Notes: generated by a model from the sequence alone, not told the origin. Counted from the first letter of the stretch, positions 1 through 10,843 are shown. The stretch: 64,000 nucleotides of DNA from Spirochaetia bacterium (GCA_965263295.1 OZ253665.1:1792001-1856000); one strand, 5' to 3'. Numbers and translations are program-made.

Positions 1-313
1 GGAAGCGGCGAGCGAGCTTCGCGAGCGCTTGCGCGAAAACACCGCTTATTTTGCCACCGAAATGCGCAATTTAAATTTCGATATACCACATTCCGAGCAC
101 CCAATTGTGCCCGTGATGTTTTACGATGCGGAAATGGCGACAGCGATGGCCTCCAAATTACTGGAATACGGAGTCTACGCCATCGGTTTCACATATCCGG
201 TTGTCCCCAAAGGCCAGGCCCGCATTCGCACGCAATTGAGCGCCCAACACAGCAAGGAAGACATAGATAAAGCCGTTGCGGCTTTTGCCGCAGCAAGAGA
301 TGCGCTAGCTTAA
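1..313 (+). CDS. kbl: Glycine C-acetyltransferase (2-amino-3-ketobutyrate CoA ligase), 3' part only; the gene starts before the window
   Basis: C-terminal motifs HPIVPVM..GVYAIGFTYPVVPKGQARIRTQLSA typical of Kbl; adjacent to glycine cleavage genes. Confidence 0.85.
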   Translation, partial: EAASELRERLRENTAYFATEMRNLNFDIPHSEHPIVPVMFYDAEMATAMASKLLEYGVYAIGFTYPVVPKGQARIRTQLSAQHSKEDIDKAVAAFAAARDALA

Positions 314-740
314 ATACACAGCGGCAAACATTAGTTTTTCTCGAGTTTCCTGGCTTTGCCGCACATACTAAACAAGAGCGCATCGCGCCGGCTCGGACCT
401 GTTTGTGATAATCAACGGATCAAGCGCTGCAAGGCTGTCAAAGCCGCAATCACTGAGTGCCTTGCGCATAAACAAAAGGCACCAAGCTAGCTGTCACTTG
501 GCACCCCGTCACATTTTAGGCTGCGAGTTGTCACGTCTTGCGTCAAGCTCGGATGACGGCAGTTTTTCCTACTGCTCTTGACCACTGTATTTGCATTGCT
601 GTTTTCACAGGATGCCGCCCCCTGCACAAAATTAAGTGCCCTGATTCAGATTTAAAAAACTAGTAATTCAGCCAGACCATTGGAATTTTGATCATTTCCA
701 ATTAAAATAAGAAAAATTCCCTCAACTCAGGAGGCCAATT

Positions 741-1943
741 TTGTCTCAGTCATCCCCCTCGACAGCTCCTTCGACAGCTCCTTCGACAGCCCCCGGCGCA
801 CTCTGCCGCAGCCCTTTATACCCCATTTACGCAGAATACCTGGGGCCTCACGGCAAGCTCATTGAGTTTGCCGGCTATGAAATGCCCGCCCAGTATAGCC
901 TCGGCGTCAAGGCGGAGCACCTGTGGTGCCGAAAGCGAGCTGGTTTTTTTGACATCTCCCACATGGGCCAGGCCTGGTTGCTTGCCGAAAGCGGCGAACA
1001 AACGGATGTCATCGCGGCCATGGAAGAATTAGTTGGAGCCGACCTGCAGGCTCTGGCCCCCGGCAGACAGCAATACACCCAGTTACTCAACGATAGAGGC
1101 GGCATCCTCGACGATTTGATTATCACCCGGCCCGCCGAATTTGAAGATCGCCTTTATACGGTGGTCAATGCCGCTTGCAAGAAAAAAGATTTTGCCTATA
1201 TCGAGCAAAAACTCAGGGGCCGCGTGCGCGTTGAGCGCCTGGAAAATCGTGCTTTAATTGCCCTGCAGGGGCCCCAAGCTATTGCCGTCGCGCAAAAACA
1301 TTTTTGCGGCGTTGAATCATTGACTTTCATGCATTGGAAAGCAATTTCATGGTCGGGACAAGAGCTCTATGTCTCCCGCTCGGGCTATACCGGCGAAGAC
1401 GGCATTGAAATCTCCGTGGATTCGGAACAAGCCATCGCCTTGGCCCACCTCCTGCTTGCGGAACCAGAAGTTCAGCCCATTGGCTTGGGGGCCCGCGATA
1501 GCCTGCGCCTGGAAGCTGGCCTCTGCCTCTACGGCGCGGACATGGACGAACAGACGACCCCTGTCGAAGCCAGTCTACTCTGGTCCATTGGCAAGCGTCG
1601 CCGTGCCCAAGGCGATTGTGCCCAAGGCGAGTTTGCCGGCGCCGACACAATTTTGCGACAAATCAACGAAGGCGTGAACCGTAAGCGCGTCGGCCTGGAC
1701 GTCCAGGGCAAGGCCCCGTGTCGCGCCGGAGTGCCGGTGTACTCAGCCGCCGAAGGCGGCGACAAAATTGGCGCAGTCTGTTCCGGCGGCTTCTCTCCAT
1801 GCTTGGAAAAACCAATTGCCATGGCATACGTCGCCTCCAGCCACAGCAGACAGGGCACGCCGGTATGGCTGGAACTACGCGGCAAGCGCATCCCGGCCCA
1901 AACCTGTAAAATGCCCTTTGTGGCGCCCAAATATGCAAAATGA
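741..1943 (+). CDS. gcvT: Glycine cleavage system aminomethyltransferase (T protein)
   Basis: FDISHMG, SRSGYTGEDGIE and GLGARDSLRLEAGL motifs; AGGAGG RBS before the TTG start. Confidence 0.97.
   Translation: MSQSSPSTAPSTAPSTAPGALCRSPLYPIYAEYLGPHGKLIEFAGYEMPAQYSLGVKAEHLWCRKRAGFFDISHMGQAWLLAESGEQTDVIAAMEELVGADLQALAPGRQQYTQLLNDRGGILDDLIITRPAEFEDRLYTVVNAACKKKDFAYIEQKLRGRVRVERLENRALIALQGPQAIAVAQKHFCGVESLTFMHWKAISWSGQELYVSRSGYTGEDGIEISVDSEQAIALAHLLLAEPEVQPIGLGARDSLRLEAGLCLYGADMDEQTTPVEASLLWSIGKRRRAQGDCAQGEFAGADTILRQINEGVNRKRVGLDVQGKAPCRAGVPVYSAAEGGDKIGAVCSGGFSPCLEKPIAMAYVASSHSRQGTPVWLELRGKRIPAQTCKMPFVAPKYAK
756..791 (+). repeat. 12-bp tandem repeat x3 (CCYTCGACAGCY) encoding PSTA x3 at the GcvT N-terminus
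   Basis: ccctcgacagct ccttcgacagct ccttcgacagcc read directly. Confidence 0.95.
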
Positions 1944-1979
1944 TGGCATTTTCAGTTCAGCATTTGAAGGAGAACTCCC

Positions 1980-2327
1980 ATGACGAAATACACTGAAGAA
2001 CACGAATGGATCCGCCTGGAAGGCGAAATTGCCACGGTTGGTATAACCACACACGCTCAGGAGCAGCTCGGCGAGCTGGTTTACGTCGAGCTACCCCAAG
2101 TTGGCGAGCAATTTTCCCAGGGTGAAACGACGGGTGTCGTGGAGTCGACCAAGACGGCCTCGGACATTTATGCCCCAGTAGACTGTGAAATTGTCGAGGT
2201 CAACAGCACTTTGGAAGGAGAACCTGGCCAGGTCAACAGCGCCGCCGAAGGCGCGGGCTGGTTGTACAAGATCAAGCTAAGCGATCCGGCGCAGTTTGAA
2301 GCTTTGCTGGACCAAGAAATAATTTAG
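1980..2327 (+). CDS. gcvH: Glycine cleavage system H protein
   Basis: YTEEHEW, GITTHAQEQLG and lipoyl-lysine motif VESTKTASD. Confidence 0.97.
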   Translation: MTKYTEEHEWIRLEGEIATVGITTHAQEQLGELVYVELPQVGEQFSQGETTGVVESTKTASDIYAPVDCEIVEVNSTLEGEPGQVNSAAEGAGWLYKIKLSDPAQFEALLDQEII

Positions 2328-2514
2328 GCCGGCCGGTATTTGAGCTATAATCTGAGTGTAATTGGGAATTTTACATTGAAAAGGCTCAAATTCAGTTGAT
2401 CTTTTCTGCTTCGCTACAAGGCAATTAAGGACATGAAGGGCAGGACTTAGTGACGGCAGGGAAGGGACAGCAAAAAAGGACAGAAAAAAAGGCAGGGCAA
2501 AAGGACAAGTCAAG

Positions 2515-5499
2515 ATGAACACGCAGACACATATCGCAATGGATGAAAGGCTGGATGAGCTGGACGCGGCTCATGACTTCCTTCGGCGCCACATCGGGCC
2601 AAGCGCCACAGAACAACAACAGATGCTGCATGAGCTTGGCTTTGATAGCCTGGAGCAACTGAGTCAGGCCATCGTACCCGACAATATCCGCCAGCGAGAA
2701 CGAATAGAGGGCCGCATTCCGTCGGCTATTTCTGAAGATGATATTCTGAGGAAGCTGGAAGCCATGTCGCGGCAGAACATTCAGGTCAAGTCACTGATCG
2801 GCCAGGGCTACTACGGCAACCACACATGCGCAGTAATTATCCGCAACGTGCTGGAAAATCCTGGCTGGTATACGGCCTACACACCCTATCAAGCCGAAAT
2901 ATCCCAGGGCCGACTCGAAGCGCTGGCCAACTTCCAGACCGTTGTCATAGACCTGACGGGGCTACCCATTGCCGAAGCTTCGCTGCTGGACGAGGCTTCG
3001 GCGGCAGCCGAAGCCATGACCATGTGCCTGCGTGCCGCACCGCGCAAACGCGGCGGCAATGCCCAGGCTACGAGCTACTTTTTTGTCGCCGACAACTGCC
3101 ATCCCCAAACCATTGACGTGGTAAAAAATCGCGCCCAGGCCCTGCGGGCTTCCTTGGGTCTAAAAGTCATAGTTGCGCCCGTCGAAGAACTCGCAGCCTG
3201 CATTGAAAAATATGGCTCAGCTCTTTTCGGAGCTCTGTTGCAGTATCCGGGAACTCGCGGCGAGGTTTGCGACCACAGCGTTGCCATCGAACAATTACAC
3301 GCCAACAACTCACTCGCCGTCGTGGCCTGCGACCTGCTGTCCCTGACTCTGTTGAAGACTCCCGGTGAAATGGGTGCCGATGTGGCTATCGGCAGCGCAC
3401 AGCGCTTTGGCGTCCCCCTGGGTTTCGGCGGTCCACACGCAGCGTTCATGTCCTGCAGCAAAAAGTTACAGCGCGCCATGCCGGGCCGCATCATCGGGCT
3501 TTCAAAAGACCGTCACGGCAAACCGGCCTATCGGATGTCCATTCAGACACGCGAACAACACATCCGGCGCGAAAAGGCCAACTCCAATATTTGCACGGCC
3601 CAGGCTTTGCTGGCGATCATTGCCAGTTTCTACGCCGTTTATTTTGGACCGAAGGGGCTGCAACGCATTGCCCGCCGTGTCAACGGCCTGACTCGGGCCC
3701 TGGCTAACGGCCTCCAGGCCGCAGGTTACCAGCTGCACTCCAAGCAGTTCTTTGACACTCTGTGCATCGAGTGTGGCGAAAAGGCCCAGTTGCTGCTGCA
3801 ATTGGCACTGGAAAATGGTTACAACCTGCGCTACATCGACGCTACGCACCTGGGAATTTCCCTGGACGACACCACCCGCCAAGAAGATGTGGCCACCCTG
3901 CTGGACAAGGTTTTTTTCAATCTGAGTGAAACACAAGACGCAGTGAGTGGGCGCTCGTATAGTATCGATGAGCTGGCACAGGGTTTTGGAGCCTCCATCA
4001 GCGCCGGCCTGCTGCGTCAAAGCACCTACCTGCAGCATCCCGTTTTCAACAGCAAGCACAGTGAAACACAGATGATGCGCTACATGCGCCACCTGGTCAA
4101 CAAGGATATCGCCTTGGATCGTTCCATGATTCCACTGGGTTCCTGCACGATGAAGCTGAATGCCGCTACCGAGATGAAGGCCTTGACTCTGTCGGGCTTT
4201 GCCAACATCCACCCTTTTGCCCCGTCTGGGCAAACTCAAGGCTACCGAATGCTCATCACCGAACTGGAGTACTACCTCTGTGCCTTAACTGGCTACGATG
4301 CGGTGTCTCTGCAGCCCAACGCCGGCTCTCAGGGGGAATACGCCGGACTCCTGGCCATTCGCGCCTATCATGAACAGCGCGGCGAAACCCAGCGCGACCT
4401 CTGCCTGATCCCAACTTCAGCCCACGGCACCAATCCCGCCTCGGCGACCATGGCGGGCATGCGGGTGCAGCCCCTCAAGTGCGACACACAGGGCAATATC
4501 GATTTAAACGAACTGCGCCAGCAGTGCGAGAAGCACCACCAGTCATTGTCTTGCATCATGATCACCTATCCTTCGACCCACGGTGTCTTTGAAAAAAATG
4601 TCAAAGAAGTTTGCGACATAGTGCACCAGGCCGGCGCCCAGGTCTATATCGACGGTGCCAATATGAACGCCCAGGTCGGCTTGGCCTACCCCGGACTTTA
4701 CGGCGGCGACGTTTCGCACTTGAACCTGCATAAAACTTTTGCCATTCCGCACGGCGGCGGCGGTCCCGGCGTCGGGCCAGTATTGGTCAAGGCACATCTG
4801 GCCGAATTTTTGCCCGGACACAGTGTCGTCGCCAACGGCCGCGGCAAAAATGGCGCCGTCGCGGCCGCGCCTTGGGGCTCTGCCTCGGTGCTAGTCATCA
4901 CGTATGCCTACATCTCGCTGCTGGGCTACAGGGGGCTGCGCCAAGCCAGCGAAGTGGCCATACTTTCAGCCAACTACATAGCCAAACGTCTACAGCCTTA
5001 CTATTCGATTCTGTATACCGGAGAAGGTGGCTATGTCGCCCACGAGTGCATCCTGGATATTCGACCCCTGGAAAAAGAGACCGGCGTCAGCTGCGAAGAC
5101 ATAGCCAAGCGCCTGATGGACTTTGGCATCCACGCCCCGACCATGGCCTTCCCGGTGCCGGGCACGCTAATGGTCGAACCTACCGAGTCCGAACCCCTGG
5201 AGGAAATTGAACGCTTTATCCAGGCCATGATCTGTATCCGCAAAGAAATTGAAGAACTCAAACGTGGAGATTACAGCCTTGAAGACAATGTTTTGAAAAA
5301 TGCTCCCCACACCGCGCAGGAGCTCACAGCCGATAATTGGGGCCACGCGTACAGCCGGGCAAAAGCCGCCTTCCCTTTGCCCGGCTTGAAACGCGACAAA
5401 ATCTGGCCGGCTGTGGCCCGCATTGACAATGTCTACGGTGACCGCAACTTATTTTGCAGCTGTGCGCCAATAGAAAGTTACGGGGACGATGAAAATTGA
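2515..5499 (+). CDS. gcvP: Glycine dehydrogenase (decarboxylating), single-chain P protein
   Basis: [33 protein letters not shown] and PLP lysine motif SHLNLHKTF. Confidence 0.98.
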   Translation: MNTQTHIAMDERLDELDAAHDFLRRHIGPSATEQQQMLHELGFDSLEQLSQAIVPDNIRQRERIEGRIPSAISEDDILRKLEAMSRQNIQVKSLIGQGYYGNHTCAVIIRNVLENPGWYTAYTPYQAEISQGRLEALANFQTVVIDLTGLPIAEASLLDEASAAAEAMTMCLRAAPRKRGGNAQATSYFFVADNCHPQTIDVVKNRAQALRASLGLKVIVAPVEELAACIEKYGSALFGALLQYPGTRGEVCDHSVAIEQLHANNSLAVVACDLLSLTLLKTPGEMGADVAIGSAQRFGVPLGFGGPHAAFMSCSKKLQRAMPGRIIGLSKDRHGKPAYRMSIQTREQHIRREKANSNICTAQALLAIIASFYAVYFGPKGLQRIARRVNGLTRALANGLQAAGYQLHSKQFFDTLCIECGEKAQLLLQLALENGYNLRYIDATHLGISLDDTTRQEDVATLLDKVFFNLSETQDAVSGRSYSIDELAQGFGASISAGLLRQSTYLQHPVFNSKHSETQMMRYMRHLVNKDIALDRSMIPLGSCTMKLNAATEMKALTLSGFANIHPFAPSGQTQGYRMLITELEYYLCALTGYDAVSLQPNAGSQGEYAGLLAIRAYHEQRGETQRDLCLIPTSAHGTNPASATMAGMRVQPLKCDTQGNIDLNELRQQCEKHHQSLSCIMITYPSTHGVFEKNVKEVCDIVHQAGAQVYIDGANMNAQVGLAYPGLYGGDVSHLNLHKTFAIPHGGGGPGVGPVLVKAHLAEFLPGHSVVANGRGKNGAVAAAPWGSASVLVITYAYISLLGYRGLRQASEVAILSANYIAKRLQPYYSILYTGEGGYVAHECILDIRPLEKETGVSCEDIAKRLMDFGIHAPTMAFPVPGTLMVEPTESEPLEEIERFIQAMICIRKEIEELKRGDYSLEDNVLKNAPHTAQELTADNWGHAYSRAKAAFPLPGLKRDKIWPAVARIDNVYGDRNLFCSCAPIESYGDDEN

Positions 5500-5558
5500 C
5501 AAAAGCTGCGGCGACTATATACCTGACCCAAGCACAAATCCCCTGAGACAATACCAGT

Positions 5559-6821
5559 ATGAACTACTCTAGTTTTGGCCAGAAGTTCTATCGACGCTCT
5601 GGCATCACCGTATTGATGGATGACCTGAACAAAGGCCTGCGCACGCCAGGGACCATTATGCTCGGCGGTGGCAATCCAGCCACCATCCCCACAATAGAAG
5701 CATACCTGCGCCGCGCCTGCTCAGATCTGCTGGCAGACGGCAGCTTGACCCACGCCATCTGTAACTACGATGGGCCGCAAGGCCAGACGGCTTTTATTCA
5801 ATCATTGGCAACCATGCTGCAAGAGCGATACGGCTGGTCGATTGGGCCGCAAAATATTACGCTGACCAACGGCAGTCAAAGCAGTTTTTTCTATCTCTTT
5901 AATATCCTGGCTGGGCGACAACGGCCTGACGGCGAGAACAAGAAAATCATCTTGCCTCTGGCGCCCGAATATATCGGCTATGGCGACGTCGGTATCGACG
6001 AGAACATCTTCGTGGGCTGTGCACCAAAAGTTGAAATGCTGGGCGAACGCCTGTTCAAGTACCATATCGACTTTGATAATCTGCCAATCGACGAAAATAT
6101 CGCCGCCATCTGTGTCTCAAGACCCACCAACCCCACCGGCAACGTATTGACAGACGAAGAAATTCAGCGCCTAAATGCCCTGGCCTGTCAGTACCGCATA
6201 CCCCTGATTCTCGACAATGCCTATGGAACCCCGTTCCCCAACATTATTTTTAACGATGTGCGGCCCTTCTGGAATGACAACACCATTGTATGCCTGAGCT
6301 TATCCAAACTGGGACTGCCGGGTCTGCGTTGCGGCATAGTCATAGCAAACCCAGAGCTGAGCCAAGTCCTCGCCAACATAAACGGCATCACTAGCCTGGC
6401 TCCCGGCAGCATTGGCCCTACCCTGGGGCACTATATGATCAAACGTGGAGACCTGCTGGAGCTGAGTCGCGAGATTGTTCAACCCTTCTACCGCGAGAAA
6501 AGCCTCCTGGCTCTGGATATTGCCCGCGAGCAAATTCGCGATGAGCGAGTGTGCATCCACAAGCCGGAAGGGGCGATATTTCTGTGGCTATGGTTTCAGG
6601 ACCTACCGATTACCACTATGGAACTCTACCGTCGCCTAAAAGCACGCGGCGTAATGATCGTGCCAGGTGAATATTTTTTTCCTGGTTTTAATGTCAAAAC
6701 CAATCCATTACCCCACCAATGCCTGCGTATGAACTATGTCCAAGAACCGGCATTGCTGCGCAAGGGAATTGAAATCATAGGCGAGGAAGTCAAAAATGCT
6801 TACAATACCTCTGCGACATAG
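5559..6821 (+). CDS. avtA: Valine--pyruvate aminotransferase
   Basis: SGITVLMDDL..GGGNP, PEYIGY, SRPTNPTGNV and LSKLGLPG motifs of AvtA. Confidence 0.92.
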   Translation: MNYSSFGQKFYRRSGITVLMDDLNKGLRTPGTIMLGGGNPATIPTIEAYLRRACSDLLADGSLTHAICNYDGPQGQTAFIQSLATMLQERYGWSIGPQNITLTNGSQSSFFYLFNILAGRQRPDGENKKIILPLAPEYIGYGDVGIDENIFVGCAPKVEMLGERLFKYHIDFDNLPIDENIAAICVSRPTNPTGNVLTDEEIQRLNALACQYRIPLILDNAYGTPFPNIIFNDVRPFWNDNTIVCLSLSKLGLPGLRCGIVIANPELSQVLANINGITSLAPGSIGPTLGHYMIKRGDLLELSREIVQPFYREKSLLALDIAREQIRDERVCIHKPEGAIFLWLWFQDLPITTMELYRRLKARGVMIVPGEYFFPGFNVKTNPLPHQCLRMNYVQEPALLRKGIEIIGEEVKNAYNTSAT

Positions 6822-6936
6822 TCCATTTATACAGACCCCTCTATCTTTCGAAGGCTTAAGCCATAACTTTCGACAAGCGAGGTTAAAATTCAGAACTTCC
6901 TGCCCAGCTTGCGGATAATTCTTTAGGCCAAGTCCA

Positions 6937-6965
6937 TTGACACTAGCCGCTTAGGCCTATACAAT
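6937..6965 (+). promoter_or_regulatory. Sigma70-type promoter for rplM-rpsI
   Basis: TTGACA-17 bp-TACAAT, 84 bp upstream of rplM. Confidence 0.8.
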
Positions 6966-7048
6966 AGCAGCTATTCCGTTACAAATTGCTACGGATCCAG
7001 TCGATTAGCCAGGGTTAAATTATTATTCTGCAAATAATTGGGAGAAAT

Positions 7049-7480
7049 ATGAAAACACTCTATGTCAAGCCGAGCGAAAATCAGAAAAAATGGTTTATTA
7101 TTGATGCAGAGAACCAGCCTCTCGGTCGCGTGGCCATGAAGGCTGCTTATCTATTGCGCGGGAAACATAAAGCTCACTATGTGCCCTACCACGATCTTGG
7201 AGATCAGGTCATTATTATTAATGCAGCCAAAGCCTCTTTAAGCGGCAATAAATTCAGCGACAAGTTTTACTACGAGCACTCCGGTTTCCCCGGCGGGCTT
7301 AAGATCATGAATTATAAGAAGTTAGTCGCTCGTCGACCCTTGGCCCCGATAGAAAAAGCTGTAAAGGGCATGCTGCCCAAAGGTCCACTCGGTCGTGAGA
7401 TCTTCCGCAACCTGCGCGTTTACGCTGATGTTCGGCATCCGCACAGCAGCCAGAGCCCCTGTCGCGTAGAAGTCAAATAG
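7049..7480 (+). CDS. rplM: 50S ribosomal protein L13
   Basis: W-x-IIDA, LGRVA, LRGKHK, GDQVIIINA and KGMLPKGPLGR motifs. Confidence 0.99.
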   Translation: MKTLYVKPSENQKKWFIIDAENQPLGRVAMKAAYLLRGKHKAHYVPYHDLGDQVIIINAAKASLSGNKFSDKFYYEHSGFPGGLKIMNYKKLVARRPLAPIEKAVKGMLPKGPLGREIFRNLRVYADVRHPHSSQSPCRVEVK

Positions 7481-7502
7481 TTTACTTATTAAGGAAAAAT
7501 TT

Positions 7503-7898
7503 ATGGCAATCAATAACCTCGCTCAAGCGGTCGGCCGCCGCAAGACCGCTGTAGCTCGTGTATACTTGCGTAAAGGCAGTGGCAAAATTCAAATCAACAA
7601 ACAGGAACTTGAAATATATTTCCCGATTAAAAGCCAACGGGCGAAGCTACAAAATCCGTTGCGTACCTGCGATGCCGACAGTTCATTTGATATTTACATC
7701 AACGTTTCTGGCGGTGGCAAAAGTGGCCAGGCCGGCGCTTGTGTTCATGGCATCGCGCGGGCCCTGCTTGCCTTCAGCGAAGAAAATCGCTCTGCCTTGC
7801 ACGCCAGTGGCTTTCTGACTCGTGACCCCCGTATGGTTGAACGCAAAAAATATGGTCAACGCGGTGCGCGCCGCAGTTTCCAGTTCTCAAAGCGTTAA
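7503..7898 (+). CDS. rpsI: 30S ribosomal protein S9
   Basis: GRRKTAVARV, GGGKSGQAGA and C-terminal ERKKYG..QFSKR. Confidence 0.99.
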   Translation: MAINNLAQAVGRRKTAVARVYLRKGSGKIQINKQELEIYFPIKSQRAKLQNPLRTCDADSSFDIYINVSGGGKSGQAGACVHGIARALLAFSEENRSALHASGFLTRDPRMVERKKYGQRGARRSFQFSKR

Positions 7899-7915
7899 AT
7901 TCTGGCTTCAGCGTA

Positions 7916-7950
7916 CCCAAATCCTGTCCAGAAATGGCAGAGGATTTGGG
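7916..7950. terminator. Hairpin between convergent rpsI and flgD, a likely bidirectional terminator
   Basis: Inverted repeat cccaaatcct...aggatttggg. Confidence 0.6.
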
Positions 7951-7966
7951 GGCCTAAATATGCCGA

Positions 7967-8473
7967 TTACTCGGCATCTGCCTCGCCAAGCTGCTTCTGC
8001 ATCTCGTCGGCCTCGGAAATACTGACCACTAAATCCGAGCTGTATTTATGACCATTGATTGTCAATTTAGTTGTACCAGAGCTATTCTGTTCAATTGCAG
8101 CAACGAGGCCCGAAACCAGTATGGGGTTGCCATCGTGGTCCAAACCCGAATTAACCGTAACCTGACGGCCTAAAAGAGCCAAAGACTGGCCACGGCCAAA
8201 ACGTTGGCTCATCTCTGTGAAACCTTTGTTTAATTCAATCATCTGTTCCAGACTGTTAAACTGAGCCATCTGGGCAATAAATTCCTTGTCGTCCTGAGGC
8301 TTCAACGGGTCTTGGTTCTTGAGCTGTTCTGTCAGGATCTTCAGGAAAGCATCTTTGCCTAAATCCTGTTGCAAGCCATGGCCTTTATTCAAACTGCGAT
8401 TGAAATTTTTAATCGCGATGTCGTGCTGCTGTTTTTGCAGCGGCGTCATCTCACTGGGTTTAATTTCTGCCAT
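7967..8473 (-). CDS. flgD: Flagellar hook capping protein
   Basis: LGKDAFLKILTEQLKNQDPLKP..EFIAQMAQFNSLEQM; likely start ATG at 8473 after GGAAGG. Confidence 0.96.
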   Translation of the reverse strand: MAEIKPSEMTPLQKQQHDIAIKNFNRSLNKGHGLQQDLGKDAFLKILTEQLKNQDPLKPQDDKEFIAQMAQFNSLEQMIELNKGFTEMSQRFGRGQSLALLGRQVTVNSGLDHDGNPILVSGLVAAIEQNSSGTTKLTINGHKYSSDLVVSISEADEMQKQLGEADAE

Positions 8474-8547
8474 AAAATACCTTCCTGTCGGCAAGTGCGA
8501 AATATTGTGTCGAAATATTTTTAATCATACATTAAGCTCTTTAAAAT

Positions 8548-8575
8548 TTATCGGCGCAGTCACAAAAATTCATGA
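8548..8575 (-). promoter_or_regulatory. Possible internal sigma28 promoter before flgD
   Basis: Perfect -10 GCCGATAA (8555-8548) with a weak -35 TCAT 16 bp upstream. Confidence 0.4.
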
Positions 8576-8587
8576 TGCCACAAAGCT

Positions 8588-10843
8588 TTAAACACGATAA
8601 TTAATTTGGCTTTGCTCGCGCATCACAGACTCGCCGGCGCGACCGATATCTTCCCAGTCATCGTCGCCACCAGTGGCTAAACGATTGCGGCCACCACCAC
8701 TAAGCCCATGATCCTGAGCTTGTGCCTGAGCTTGTGACTGGGCATCTTCTGAGCGACCGCCACCTACCGAAACATTTAGCCCCTGGTTGTCAAAGCCCCC
8801 ATCGCGGAGCCTGGCCTCCAATTGTTGCATATTGTCCTGCAGAATGCGCGCGGCCTCGGCACTGTCTGCAACGATGTGGCCACTGAGCTGATTCCCATCA
8901 ATATTCACGCGAATGTGCACTTGCCCCAGATTTTCCGGATTCAGCCGCAAACGAATCTCACCACGATTCTGGTCCAAAAGACGGAACTGCAACTGGCGCA
9001 CACTCTGTGCCAATGGGCCCTCTCGCAGATTTTCAGCAATCTGCTGAGCCCAGCTGCGCAAGATCACGCCTGGAGTACTGTTGCCGAGGCCACTGCCCGA
9101 TGCAGCCGGCCCATGCCCTGTAGCCAGATGCCCGGCTGCGCCATCAAAAGCAGCGCTAGGGTGGTCACTGCCGGGGCTAACGCGCCCCAATCCTAAAGCC
9201 GCCTTGCCCTGACTCTGGGCTTGAAACTTAGGACTTGCAGCCGCTACCGGCGACTTGCTGCCGTCGCGATACTGCATCCCTTCATTTCTTTCCCGACGCA
9301 GCTGCGCCACGCGACCTTCGCGAATTGCAGATACCCGCACCACAGGGCGTTCGCCCAATTTCGGGCCCTCGGCAATTTCAGGCTGCTCCAGCTCGGCCGA
9401 CGCGGCACCCTTATTTTTTTCCTGATTCTTATCCTGAATTTCCTTTGCTTGCGGTAGAACTTGCCGCACAGCTTGCTCGGAAGATTTAGGCATACCCAAT
9501 TCTCGCGGCATTTGCAGCTTTGTTCGTTCTTCATTGCCACTCTCTGCGCCTTGCCGCGAATTCGCCTGCGGCCGCGAAGGGACAGATTGAAAATCCTCAT
9601 CAGTCGTCCGCGCGCCATTTTCCGCCGAGCCAGCCAGGTCCGATTTTGTTCTTTGCTCAGAAGGCATACGACGGCTCACTTCGCTGCGCTCGTCGACTAC
9701 CTGTAGACGCAACTTGCTCTGGGCGCCCGGCTCGTCTCCTCGGCCCGCAGCATTGAGCTCCTGGGCATCCACGCTGGCTTGGGGGCCGAGTGCGACCCCG
9801 CCTTTGCCATCCCTTGTCGGCCCGTCAGTCCCTAGACTTTTCGCATTGCTGGCAAGATATTTTCCCGCGACACTTTGCTTGTTGACCGCGGAATTCAGGC
9901 CAGCTTTTGCCTGTCCCGCAGACCTCGGTTTACCTTCCAAGTCCGCAAGTTCTACAGCGGACGCAGACAAGGTTTCAAGATCGCCCCGGCCTTTCGCCTC
10001 AAGCGATTCAGAGCCTTGCTGAAGTTCCTGCTCGGCCAGCTGTTTTTCCTGATTTTCGCCTTCAGCGTGTAATTCTTTTTTTGCGGCACCCCTGCTGTCC
10101 GGTTCCCGCCTCGTATCTGCGCGAGTCGTAGAATCGCCATTTATAGCTTGCTCTCTTTCCTCGGATCGCTCCTGCACCAGTTTACGGGCATCGGTTTGCG
10201 CCCGCACATTCTCAGCGAGATTTTTTTGGGCGACTTCAATTTCCCGGCGCTTGGCTTGCACGGCCCGGCTATCGCGCAATTCCTGTTCGCGCCGCTGGCG
10301 CTCAAGCATTTCAGCACTGCGATCCCGTGCCGGGGCCATCGGCTCTTGCAAAGACAAATCACGGGCACGAACCAGTTCGTATTCAGTATTTTGGTAACTT
10401 TGCTCCAAATCCCGACGCAAGCCATCTAAACCGAAAGAATCCGCCCCCAAGGGATGCAAGGGACCAGCACCCAACTGCCGCGAAAAATCCTCACTGACTG
10501 CCCCACGCCGCGCAACTGTGTCAGTCGCAAAAGTCGCAAAAATAGAATCCCCTTGCCCCGTAGCCGAATAGGGCAGAAATCGGTTTGCCCATGGGTAATT
10601 CGATGGGTAATTCGATGGGTAATTCGATGGGTAATTCGATGGATAATTCGGTGGAGAAATTGATGGAGAATCCAATTCAAACTCGGCAATCTGGCGATAA
10701 AAGTCCTGGAATGAGGCTTGGCTACTCAAACGCGAACGCAAGCCATTATGGTTGCCCACATCCAACTCTGCCGCCGCATGCGTAGCCGCCTCTGCGACCT
10801 TGGACCAATAAGGCGTTGTCCCCGACAATGGGTCATTCATCAT
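8588..10843 (-). CDS. fliK: Flagellar hook-length control protein
   Basis: Long low-complexity N-terminal region plus C-terminal T3S4 domain IRLRLNPENLGQVHIRV..L-x-x-x-L-x-x-x-G; directly upstream of flgD. Confidence 0.92.
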   Translation of the reverse strand: MMNDPLSGTTPYWSKVAEAATHAAAELDVGNHNGLRSRLSSQASFQDFYRQIAEFELDSPSISPPNYPSNYPSNYPSNYPSNYPWANRFLPYSATGQGDSIFATFATDTVARRGAVSEDFSRQLGAGPLHPLGADSFGLDGLRRDLEQSYQNTEYELVRARDLSLQEPMAPARDRSAEMLERQRREQELRDSRAVQAKRREIEVAQKNLAENVRAQTDARKLVQERSEEREQAINGDSTTRADTRREPDSRGAAKKELHAEGENQEKQLAEQELQQGSESLEAKGRGDLETLSASAVELADLEGKPRSAGQAKAGLNSAVNKQSVAGKYLASNAKSLGTDGPTRDGKGGVALGPQASVDAQELNAAGRGDEPGAQSKLRLQVVDERSEVSRRMPSEQRTKSDLAGSAENGARTTDEDFQSVPSRPQANSRQGAESGNEERTKLQMPRELGMPKSSEQAVRQVLPQAKEIQDKNQEKNKGAASAELEQPEIAEGPKLGERPVVRVSAIREGRVAQLRRERNEGMQYRDGSKSPVAAASPKFQAQSQGKAALGLGRVSPGSDHPSAAFDGAAGHLATGHGPAASGSGLGNSTPGVILRSWAQQIAENLREGPLAQSVRQLQFRLLDQNRGEIRLRLNPENLGQVHIRVNIDGNQLSGHIVADSAEAARILQDNMQQLEARLRDGGFDNQGLNVSVGGGRSEDAQSQAQAQAQDHGLSGGGRNRLATGGDDDWEDIGRAGESVMREQSQINYRV
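10591..10650 (+). repeat. 12-bp tandem repeat (ATGGGTAATTCG x4 plus 1 variant) encoding (PSNY)n in FliK
   Basis: Four perfect copies at 10591-10638, a fifth ATGGATAATTCG, then two degenerate copies. Confidence 0.97.

Noticed and set aside
314..740. Glycine riboswitch upstream of gcvT
   Set aside because: The conserved GGAGA / CCGAAG / CTCAGG aptamer arrangement was not found; the only CTCAGG overlaps the RBS
2420..2514. Purine-rich degenerate repeats (aaggaca/ggcaggg) between gcvH and gcvP as an RNA element or array
   Set aside because: Low complexity, no constant unit or spacer and no pairing potential; most likely slippage-derived
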